Part shown: one piece after another, positions 1 to 10,299 of the stretch
How positions within the stretch are numbered: position 1 is the stretch's first letter
Layout: every line of letters starts with the position of its first letter
Source of the DNA: Eledone cirrhosa
Lineage: Eukaryota
DNA: 64,000 nucleotides
Reading direction: 5' to 3'
Assembly (NCBI GenBank): GCA_964016885.1
Contig: OZ024741.1
Coordinates: 314,836,001 to 314,900,000, forward strand
Position numbers and translations under genes: made by a program
Notes under the pieces: generated by a model
What the model was told of the DNA's origin: nothing
Seen by the model: only the letters and a program-made list of their open reading frames with translations
The model's database searches: none

Positions 1-17
1 AAACAACAAAAAGAAAA

Positions 18-3000
18 CCCCGTGACCAAGAAATACCGGGATGGCGGCCGGCGGGGAATAGCCATGTCTCTAGGGGAGAACGACCCCTCTAGTCTTGGTT
101 GACACTCGTTCTAGAAGTGGTAACACGAAAAGATTACCCCTTGGCGGATAAGGATAAAACGCGACAAAATAAAGTAGATGTCTAATGATGAAATCTCATA
201 CCGGATCGGCCGTCACCCGGGTAAAAAAGGGCCGCGTCCCTCAGAGAGGAACCAGACTGGGGTCGAAAAATCAGCTAATGGTTCAAACCTTCCCATCACT
301 TCGGAGCTGGAGACCTCCCATAACCGGAATACTCCTACTGTTGGCCCTCCATGCTCACCACCAAGAAATCCAAAGAAAAAGAGAGAAAAATGGTCAAGGG
401 AAGATAATAAAGAAGTCCTTGAGGCTTTCTACACTGCCATGTACTACCCATCAAATACATCGAATACAGAGCAAACATATATCAACTGGAAAAAGAAACA
501 TCCCGAAAACAGAGGCTATATTGACAGTAACAAACTAGCCAATATACGAAGAAATATTGTAAGAAAAAAGTTACTAACTGATATAGAAATTGATCAGATC
601 AAGCTAGTAGCACAAAGTCAGCGAAGGGAAAATGAAGCATGTGTCAGTGAAAACGAGGTAAACTGTAACACTTCGAATCCCAGAGTTGGGGCGGAATCAC
701 TGGCAACAGAACAAATTAAAGAAAGGAGCGAAAAAGTGGAGGGAGTGCATGCTCAGGATGAAACTCCAAATGAAAATAATGAGATCGTAAATGATAAAGA
801 AATGAATGAGAATGAACTTGCCAACTTGAAGGATGAAATTATGATCGAATGGATGAAAATGAAAGAATCTGACATGGGGGAACGAGACACCCTCCCTAAG
901 ATCCAGAACTCCAAACAGAACCAAAAGATAATACACAAGACTAACATAATTCTCAAAAACATTATCATCACAAACAAAATAAACATTACTGACTTAAATC
1001 ATCTCTATTATGCATCGGCTAAAGTCACCACTCACTTATGTGGAGTGAAGATGAAAAAACAAAGGAATTCCCACAAGAAATCTACTTGGCAAGATAACAT
1101 CAATCGCCAAATAAACCTTCTCCGATCTGACATAGAAATTTTAACAAACTATAAAGTAGGTGAACATGTTAAACAAACTAAACTTAGAAAATTGAAAAAA
1201 AAGTACAGTATAAGATCAACATGTGACATAGACATGCTGATAGAAACAATCAAGCAAAAAGTGTCGGCCAAAGCTGCTCGTATAAGGCGCTTTGAAAAAC
1301 GATCTAGATTCTATAAGGACAATAATATGTTCAAAAACAACCAAAGAAACTTCTACAAAAAAATTGGTAAGTCAACAATAACTGCTAAATCAATACCACC
1401 CAAGGAGGAAGTGCAAGAATTCTGGGAAAAGATCTGGGCCGAAGAAAAAGTTCATAACATACATGCCCCATGGATAAACAGACAAATGAAAGAAACAGCT
1501 CACCTTGAAGAACAAACATGGGAAAATATAAAAGTTGAACAGCTGCGCTTGGCTCTAAGAAAAACCAGCAAATGGAAATCCCCAGGAAAAGACAAAATAC
1601 AAAACTTTTGGATAAATGCCTTCACAGAGTCTCATGAGCTGTTAGCCCAACTTTACAATGAAATAGTTAAGGAGCCAGAAAAGATACCATCATGGCTAGT
1701 TAACGGCATTACATTCCTGCTACCGAAGAATGATGAGACAAACAATCCCAAAAATTACAGACCGATAACCTGCTTGACCACAATGTATAAAATTTTAATA
1801 AGGATCGATGCCATAAACACGCTTGCCATACCAGTAGTAACCTACAGTTACAATGTCATCAACTGGTCAAGCCCAGAGATCCGTAGGCTCGATACAAAAA
1901 TCCGAAAATTCTTAACCATCCACAGAATGTATCACCCTAAGGCAGACATAGATAGAATATATCTCCCTAGGAAAGAAGGAGGACGTGGGTTAATCCAGTT
2001 AGACATTGCGTTGAAAACTGCAACAATTGGATTATCCACATATCTAAGGGAATCACATGATTGGATGATCAAACTCGTTTTGAAACACGAAAGCACCAAA
2101 AGATCATATTCCATTACAAAAGATGCACAAAGATACAGTAATGGACTACAAATTTCAGAAGTCCCATTTACTGCTGAAATGGAAAACACAGAAAAAGCAA
2201 AGCAGGTAAAAGTAACTGCAAAGAAAGAACTGCTACAGAAACTGGCTAAGAAATGGCAAGAAAAGCCTCTGTATGGAAAATACCCAGAGCGAGCTAACAA
2301 TCCTGATGTTGACAAAACTTTAACCCATCAGTGATTGGCATCCTCTGGACTGAAATCGGAGACTGAAGGACTGATTATATCCGCACAAGATCAGTTTCTG
2401 CCAACAAAAAATTACCAAGCCAACATAATAAAAAATGGGTGCAGCCCATTATGCCGTGTATGCAAAAAACAACCAGAGACCATTGACCATATAATTTCAA
2501 TGTGCAGTCCTATAGCTCCAACCGAATACCTAAACAGGAATGACAGAGCTGCACAATACATACATTGGATAATGTGTAAGCATTTTGACCTGCCCCATCA
2601 AAAGAATTGGTGGGAACATCAACCACCACCCATACTTGAAAAAGATCACATCTCAATCTTGTGGAACTTTAGCATCCAAACAGACCGAAAAATAGATGCA
2701 AATAGACCTGATATAATATTGAAGGACTTTCAAAGGAGGGTATGCCTGCTAATTGATATGTCTGTTCCAATAGACAAGAATGTATCTATAAAAACATTTG
2801 AAAAATTGAGCAAGTATAAGGACCTGGAGATAGAAATTGGAAAAATGTGGAAATTGAGAACTAAAACAATACCAGTGGTTGTAGGCGCTCTGGGAATGTT
2901 ACCTAAGGGGTCTAACGACTACTTATCGCAAATCCCAGGAAACCCGCGTATAGGAGAAATACAAAAGATAGTACTAATGGGAACTGCCCATATACTAAGG

Positions 3001-3158
3001 AAGATCCTGTCAATATAAGTACATCACAAGTCTAAACACTAAGGATGCATGTGTGAATATGTATGTTCTTTCTTGAACATGGCGGACCTTGTTGTCTCTT
3101 GAGGTCACTGGTTGTGACTTGGTGATAACTCGTATAAACATAAAGCAAGATAAATGCA

Positions 3159-3209
<51 letters not shown>
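18..3209 (+). mobile_element. Dong/R4-clade RLE non-LTR retrotransposon, copy 1 (distinct family, internally deleted)
   Basis: KW..EDN N-terminal motif, WKSPGKD, NYRPITCL, RIYLPRKEGGRGL, CCHC (CRVCKKQPETIDHIISMC), RPDI..D..K..KY endonuclease; ends in (TAA)n at 3160-3209. The 5' boundary is approximate. Confidence 0.9.
178..3018 (+). pseudogene. RT/RLE polyprotein of Dong/R4 copy 1; RT core deleted, one in-frame TGA at 2332-2334
   Basis: ORFs 178..2334 and 2335..3018 share a frame. YRPITCLTTMYKIL joins directly to IRIDAINTLAIPV, so QGD and Y/FxDD are absent. Confidence 0.88.
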
Positions 3210-3210
<1 letters not shown>

Positions 3211-4173
3211 GTGAAGAAGACGCACGAGGTGACGGAGGTCATGAAATCGCTCCCGTAAGTTTTGAATTTTTAACATATTTAAATCATTTGTGAAATAACA
3301 ACTCTTAGTACAAATGCTACGTAAAGCACCCGGCTTGAGCCCCAAAAAATTCGGACCCAAAATATATTGTTATAAGGCTCAAATATTCAAATATTCAACT
3401 TTGTATTGTACACTGTATATCCAAAAAAAAAAATGGCTATAAATGGAAGAAGAAGAACCCCCCCCCCCCCTCCTCTCCTCTGGCTACACTATATAGGACA
3501 GCTAAACTCACCAACACCAGAAACTAGATACACCACCCACCCCATCATCTGTGTACACTAAACACAACAGCATTTTCACCTTCACCGCCACCGCTCACTA
3601 CGGCCATCATTACCACCACTATCCCATCACCGCCGCCACCACCCCTTGACTCCTTCACTGCTGCTGCCACCGCTACAGCACTATCACTACAGTAATACGG
3701 TCGCATCACCGCCACCACTGCCTCGGTATCGACATCACCACCACCACTGTCTCAGTATCGCCAACGCCGCCAGTCTCCCACTTCTCCCTGCTGGCTGCCA
3801 CTTCCACATTATAGAATTCCTACTACTAACAAAGAGGAAGGCATCAAAATATATAGATAGACTCAAAAGAAAAAAGAAAAAACAAACAACAAAACCAAAG
3901 CAGCACAGCAACAACAGCAAAAAACGAGAAAAACAAACAGAGAAAAACAAAAACAAAAAAAGAAACCCCAAAAACGTAAAGAAAATAAGAATGAAGAGAG
4001 AGGCAGGCGGACGGACAGAGAAGAGGGGGGAAAAAGTAAAACTTAAAAAACAAAAACTAAGTCAGACATTCGAATACTACATTACAATGAAACTTATGCT
4101 TATTCATTTTTGGGGCACTTTCTGCCCGTGTGTTTGTTTGTTTATGTGTGTTTGTATACAGCGTGGTGATAAT

Positions 4174-7100
4174 GCCACACAAGGGCTAAGTGGGATGGCG
4201 GATCCACAGATGGCTATGTAAACATACATTCGCCAATCCTCGATAAGAGTGTTTAAATATCGAACATAAACAGTTCGAATAACGGTGAAATGGAGACTAG
4301 AACGTCATGTGACAGACTCTCACCCAACAGGTGCCCCCTGGCTCAGCAGCAGGAACCTGACTGTCAACCAAATACTGCTGATGTTGGAGGAAGAAGAAGA
4401 AGGAAAGGGGCCAGAACCAACTGGACGAAAGAATTGAATAGAACTGTTATGCAATGCTACCTGAAAAGTAACCCCAAGGAGAGGGGCTACAGGAGACGGA
4501 TGCATAACATCTGGAACGAGATTGGTTTATTTAAATTAGATGAACAAAAATTGGCCGGGCAGGCTCGGGTAATAAGAACTAATGGGTGGATAAGCGAGCT
4601 GGAACTGGAGGAACTGAGCAGAGAGAATAGCTTGGAGATGGCGGGTGTAGTATGCCAGACAAGCGAGCCGGCGGGAAATGAAGGTGAGGAGGTCCTGAGA
4701 ACGGAGGAACCACCCGAAGCAGACAATGATCTGAATACTGAGATAAATAATACTTGGAACAGAGATACGGCCACTGAGGAGATGAATGCTGACGGGCTAG
4801 GACAAGATTCGGTTGACATCCTAAATTTAGTGGTAGATGAGTTGAACAATGATAGTGGGAGACCTATGAACCTAAGATTTGTAGAGAGGAAAAAGTTAAA
4901 AGAAACAACAGCTAAGGTAAACAAAGTCATCCCATACCTTGAGGCGAGGAGTCTTCACCAGTGCAACAATATCCTCAAAGCAACAGCAAATACGGTGAGG
5001 AAACTACTTGGTATAAAAGCGAGAGGAAACAACAGACAAGAAAGAGCAGAGCCGTGGTGGAAGAAGCGACTGAGTGGGCAAATCGGGGAAATGAGAAATG
5101 ACATAGGAAAGCTTGAGTCACTACTGAATGGGACACTAAAAAACATAGGCACTAAAAATAGACTGGAAATAAAATACAAAACTAGGAGTAAAAAGCTAAA
5201 TATTATCATAGAGGAATTGAAGCAACGCATTGTAGCAAAGAGTGCCAAAATCAGGCGATACGAGAACAGAGTCAGTCAGTATAAACAGAACCGCATGTTC
5301 GACAACAACCAGAAGATGCTGTTTGGACAGCTTGAGGGGAAAGAAAGAGGCAACGACTTGATCCCTGACGCGGAACAAACTAAAACATTCTGGAGAGGAA
5401 TATGGGAGCAGGATGTTAGACACAATGCCCAGGCAGGGTGGATTGAGACAGTACAGAGGGAGATCGGTGAGCAGGCACAACAACAGACTGATTTGAGTAT
5501 CACAGTTGAAACTCTTAAGGGGCAAGCCAAAAAACTAACCAACTGGAAATCACCAGGCCCAGATGGTGTGCAGGGGTATTGGATTAAACATTTAACATCC
5601 CTCCACCCGAAGCTGACGGCCATGTTCAATGACTGCTTGATGTCGGGTGAGGTGCCAGAGTGGTTGACAAAAGGTACCACAGTTCTGATAATGAAAGACC
5701 GAATCAAGGGTAATGATGTTACCAACTATAGACCTATCACATGTCTGCCCGTAATGTGGAAACTGTTGACGAGCATTGTGTCTGAGCAAATCTACCATCA
5801 CCTCCACACAAACAACTTGTTACCGGACGAACAGAAAGGATGCCGAAAGAAGTCACGTGGTACAAAGGACCAGTTGCTTATTGATAAGATGGTAATGGGG
5901 AATTGCAGGAGGAGACACACTGATCTTGCCATGGGATGGATAGACTACAGAAAGGCATTTGACATGGTGCCTCATTCCTGGATCACCAAAAGCCTGGAGA
6001 TCTTCAGGGTGGCAGATAACATCAGACAGTTGCTGGGCAGGAGTATGGGGTCCTGGGAGACAGAGTTGACATCAACTGGAGTATCCTTGGGAAGCGTGAA
6101 GATCAAGAGAGGTATCTTCCAGGGAGATAGCCTGTCCCCTCTGTTGTTTGTCCTTGCCCTGATGCCCTTGACCATTATGCTGCGAAAAGTGAGAGCAGGA
6201 TACAAGTTGGGAAGGGGAGAGCTTACCATCAATCACCTCCTCTTCATGGACGATCTTAAGCTCTTCGGGAAAAGTGAGAAGGAGTTGGATGTGCTTGTTG
6301 ACACTGTCCGTATTTTCAGCAGTGATATATGTATGAAGTTTGGTATTGGTAAATGTGGAGTCATTGTGATGAAGAGGGGTAGGTTGAGCAGAAGTAACGG
6401 GATACAGATACCAACAGGTGAGATGATAAAGGAAATTGACTCTGAGGAAGGATACAAGTATTTGGGCGTTCTGGAGGCTGATGGCATAAAGAACAAAAAA
6501 ATGAAGGAATTGTTAAGAACTGAAAACATTCGGAGAGTAAGGAGCGTATTGAAGTCACATCTGAACAGCAGAAATGCCATAAGCGCAGTAAATTCCCGAG
6601 CTGTGTCTATTATTAGGTACAGTGCGGGAATTCTGAGATGGAATGTTGCTGAACAAAAAGAAATGGATAGGAAAACTAGGAAGCTATTGACTATCTACAA
6701 CATGTTCCACAAGAGGAGTGATGTCGATAGACTCTACCTAAGGAGATCTGAGGGTGGAAGAGGTCTTATCAGCATAGAGGACTGTGTTCAGATGGAGAAA
6801 AACAACCTATACAAATACGTGACCTATAGTAAGGAGCCAATGCTCAGAACTGTACTGAAGGAGGGGACAGTAGGCCAGGGGATGTCCAAGGAGGAAATAA
6901 CATCAAGGAGGAAGGGCAGCCTTAAGGGAAAATCCCTTCATAGTACCTTCTTTGAGAAAACTGAATTTAGAGATCCACAGACATGGAACTGGTTGAGAAG
7001 AGGAGACCTCAAAAAGGCTACAGAAGGAATGGTAATGGCTGCGCAGGAGCAGGCCCTCAAAACGAAGTGGTTGAAGCACCATATCTACAAGGAGGAGGCT

Positions 7101-7782
7101 AGCCCACTGTGCAGGATCTGTGGAGAGAGAGAGGAGACTGTGGCTCACATTGTGTCCGAGTGTAAACACCTAGCCCAGACCCACTATAAGGGCTGGAGAC
7201 ACGATGTGATGGGCAGGGTGATCCACTGGCACCTGTGCAAAGTAAACAATCTACCACATTCTGAGAAATGGTATGAGCATAGGCCAGAGGCGGTGATGGA
7301 GAACAGTCAGGTGAAGGTGCTGTGGGATTTTAGGATACAGACGGACAAAAAACTGGAACACAATAGACCTGACCTGGTGGTTGTGGACAAAGAAAAAAGA
7401 TCGTGCCTGATTGTGGATGTGGCCTGCCCGTTCGACACGAGAGTGCAAGAGAAGGAGAGGGAGAAAATTAACCGATACCAGGACCTAAAGTGGGAGGTGA
7501 AAAGGATTTGGAACTGCCATGAAGTCAAAGTGATCCCGATTGTCATAGGCGCACTGGGGACTATCTCCAAAGGTTTCCAGGGATGGTTAAAGAAAATCGG
7601 CCCCTTCACGCTTTTTGGAACGCTTCAAAAGGCATGCTTGCTTGGAAGAACCCTCCGATACGTCCTGAATATCTGAGGCTGCAGGTAGTGGCTTGATATT
7701 CAATCCAACGGACTTTTCAGTTAACCAACATCAATGACTGAGATTCAAGGAATAACAATAACAATAATAATAATAATAATAA
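4174..7782 (+). mobile_element. Dong/R4-clade retrotransposon, copy 2, near full length
   Basis: Short 5' UTR, one long ORF, short 3' UTR and a (CAA/TAA)n tail at 7751-7782. The 5' boundary is approximate. Confidence 0.92.
4290..7676 (+). CDS. 1128-aa reverse transcriptase / CCHC / restriction-like endonuclease polyprotein
   Basis: NYRPITCL, IDYRKAFDMV, GIFQGDSLSPLLF, HLLFMDDLK, YKYLG, CRICGEREETVAHIVSEC, RHD, RPDLVVVD, EKINRYQDL; no internal stops. Confidence 0.93.
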   Translation: METRTSCDRLSPNRCPLAQQQEPDCQPNTADVGGRRRRKGARTNWTKELNRTVMQCYLKSNPKERGYRRRMHNIWNEIGLFKLDEQKLAGQARVIRTNGWISELELEELSRENSLEMAGVVCQTSEPAGNEGEEVLRTEEPPEADNDLNTEINNTWNRDTATEEMNADGLGQDSVDILNLVVDELNNDSGRPMNLRFVERKKLKETTAKVNKVIPYLEARSLHQCNNILKATANTVRKLLGIKARGNNRQERAEPWWKKRLSGQIGEMRNDIGKLESLLNGTLKNIGTKNRLEIKYKTRSKKLNIIIEELKQRIVAKSAKIRRYENRVSQYKQNRMFDNNQKMLFGQLEGKERGNDLIPDAEQTKTFWRGIWEQDVRHNAQAGWIETVQREIGEQAQQQTDLSITVETLKGQAKKLTNWKSPGPDGVQGYWIKHLTSLHPKLTAMFNDCLMSGEVPEWLTKGTTVLIMKDRIKGNDVTNYRPITCLPVMWKLLTSIVSEQIYHHLHTNNLLPDEQKGCRKKSRGTKDQLLIDKMVMGNCRRRHTDLAMGWIDYRKAFDMVPHSWITKSLEIFRVADNIRQLLGRSMGSWETELTSTGVSLGSVKIKRGIFQGDSLSPLLFVLALMPLTIMLRKVRAGYKLGRGELTINHLLFMDDLKLFGKSEKELDVLVDTVRIFSSDICMKFGIGKCGVIVMKRGRLSRSNGIQIPTGEMIKEIDSEEGYKYLGVLEADGIKNKKMKELLRTENIRRVRSVLKSHLNSRNAISAVNSRAVSIIRYSAGILRWNVAEQKEMDRKTRKLLTIYNMFHKRSDVDRLYLRRSEGGRGLISIEDCVQMEKNNLYKYVTYSKEPMLRTVLKEGTVGQGMSKEEITSRRKGSLKGKSLHSTFFEKTEFRDPQTWNWLRRGDLKKATEGMVMAAQEQALKTKWLKHHIYKEEASPLCRICGEREETVAHIVSECKHLAQTHYKGWRHDVMGRVIHWHLCKVNNLPHSEKWYEHRPEAVMENSQVKVLWDFRIQTDKKLEHNRPDLVVVDKEKRSCLIVDVACPFDTRVQEKEREKINRYQDLKWEVKRIWNCHEVKVIPIVIGALGTISKGFQGWLKKIGPFTLFGTLQKACLLGRTLRYVLNI

Positions 7783-9572
7783 TGCGGAACATACTAAAAC
7801 ATTCTGGAGAGGAATATGGGAGCAGGATGTTAAACATAATGACCAGGCAGTGTGGATTGAGACAGTACAGAAGGAGGTTAGTGAACAGGCACACCAACAT
7901 ACTGATTTGAGTATCACAGTTGAAACTCTTAAGGGGCAGGCCAAAAAACTAACCAACTGGAAATCACCAGGCTCAGATGGTGTGCAGGGGTATTGGATTA
8001 AAAATATAACATCCCTCCACCCGAAACTGACAACAATGTTCAATCACCTCCTCTTCATGGACGATCTTAAGCTCTTCGGGAAGAGTGAGAAGGAGTTGGA
8101 TGTGCTTGTTGACACTGTCCGTATTTTCAACAATGATATATGTATGCAATTTGCTATTAGTAAGTGTGGAGTCATTGTGATGAAGAGGGTAAGTTGAGCA
8201 GAAGTAACGGAATCCAGGTACCAACAGGTGAGATGATAAAGGAAATTGACTCTGAAGAAGGATACAAGTATTTGGGCGTTCTGGAGGCTGATGACATCAA
8301 GAAAAAAAAAATGAAGGAATTGATAAGAACTGAATACATTCGGAGAGTAAGGTGCGTATTAAAGTCACATCTGAACAGTAGGAATGCCATAAGTGCAGTA
8401 AATTCCCGAGCTGTGTCTATTATTAGGTACAGTGCGGGAATTCTGAGATGGCATGTTGCTGAACAAAAAGAAATGGATGGGAAGACTAGGAAGCTATTTA
8501 ATATCTACAACATGTTCCACAAGAGGAGTGATGTCGATAGACTCTACTTAAGGAGATCTGAAGGTGGAAGAGGTCTTATCAGCATAGAAGACTGTGTTCA
8601 GATGGAGAAAAACAACCTACACAAATACTTGACTGTTAGTAAGGAGCCAATGCTCAGAATTGTACTGAAGGAGAGGACAATAGACCAGGGGATGTCCAAG
8701 GAGGAAATAACAAGGAGGAAGAGCAACGTTCATGAAAAATCTCTTCATAGTACCTTCTTTAAGAAAACTGAATTTAGAGATCCACAGACATGGATCTGGT
8801 TAAAAAGAGGAGTCCTTAATGCAAAAGGAATGCTAATGGCTTCGCAAGAGCAGGCCATCAGAATGAAATGGGTGAAACACCATATTTACAAGGTTCAGTC
8901 TAGCCCACTCTGTAGGATCTGTGGAGAGAGAGAGGAGACTGTGGCTCACATTGTATCCGAGTGTAAACAACTAGCCCAGTCTCACTATAAAGGCTGCAGA
9001 CATGATGTGATGGGCAAGGTGATCCACTGGCACCTATGCAAAGTAAACAATTTACCACATTCTGAGAAGTGGTATGAGCATAAGACAGAGTCGGTGATGG
9101 AAAACGATCAGGTGAAGGTGCTGTCGGATTTTAGGATACAGACGGACAAGAAACTGGAACACAATAGACCTGACCTGGCGGTTTTGGACAAGGGAAAAAG
9201 ATCGTGGCTGATTTTAGATGTAGCCTGCCAATTTGACACGAGAGTGCAAGAAGGGGAGGGAGAAAATTAACCGATACCAGGACTTAAAGTGGGAGGTAAA
9301 AATGATTTGGAACTGTCATGAAGTCAGAGTCGTCTGGATTGTCATAGGTGCTCTAGGTACTATCTCAAAGAGTTTCCAAGGATGGTTAAAGAAAATTAGT
9401 CCAGCCCCGCTTTTTGGAACACTTCAAAAGGCATGCTTGTTGGGAACAGCAAGAATCCTCCGATACGTCCTGAATATATGAGGCAGCAGGTAACGGCTTT
9501 ATATTCATTTCAACAAACTTTCCAGTTAAATAACATCAATGACTGAGACTCAAAGAACAATAATAATAATAA
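7783..9572 (+). mobile_element. Dong/R4 copy 3, same family as copy 2; 5'-truncated, internally deleted, frameshifted
   Basis: Aligns to copy 2 from about 5370. Deletion junction near 8040, frameshifts near 8188 and 9256, own 3' UTR and (TAA)n tail. Confidence 0.92.
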
Positions 9573-9582
9573 TGATTTCATA

Positions 9583-9775
9583 TATAGGTACAAGGCCAGC
9601 AATTTTGGGGGAGGGGGAAAGTCGATTAAACCGACCCCAGTGTGTGACTGGTACTTTATTTTATCGACCCCGTAAGGATGAAAGACAAAGTTAACCTCGG
9701 CGGGATTCGAACTCAGAATGGCAGGGCCGTAAGTCTATGCGCCAAAGCATGGCTGCCGACCCACTACCGATGCTG
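9583..9775 (-). mobile_element. tRNA-derived SINE family A (head truncated by the adjacent Tx1/L1 element)
   Basis: Minus strand has B box GTTCGAATCC and central CTTTCATCC..GGGGTCGATAAAATAAAGTACCAG; six copies in the window. Confidence 0.85.
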
Positions 9776-10299
9776 AAAGGCCACAAGTTCCGACAGATAG
9801 GGGACAATACAAAAGACAGAGACAGTGGCTGTTTACATATACAACGTGTAAACAATATAAATAACAATAACAAAAAAATACAAGAAAAATACAAATAAAA
9901 AACAAAAAAAATACAAGAAATATTCCCTAATAGGGTGGATGACCACTGAGGGTTCACTCAGGTACCACTCCAATCCTTAACGACCCGACGTTTCCAGAGC
10001 ACAAGGGAAGGGCCTCCCTCTCCTCCTCAAATTCACCCACCTACAGGCGCATGATCAGAGTAGGTCCCCTCAAATGGGCCATTCTCTCCACATTTACCCA
10101 CTATTTAGCAAATGTACTGGGGAGGGGAAACACTTCTATCTCCTCCCTCACCTTCCTTTCCAAGTGAAACTTGAAAAAGTTGATGAGGGATTGGCCGAAG
10201 AGAAAAGTGTCTGTCTTCAGTCCTTTCAGCCTGGTCCACCATACAATATCATTCGCTACTGCCACCAAACAGAGTAAAATTGGCTGCCTTTCCTGGCCA

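Noticed and set aside
3646-4221. 191-aa ORF rich in Pro/His then Lys
   Set aside because: Translation of (CAC)-rich and A-rich low-complexity DNA; no domain motif.
4240-4290. TCCTCG resembling the L3 loop of an HDV-like ribozyme in the Dong 5' UTR
   Set aside because: I could not build P1-P3 pairings around it.
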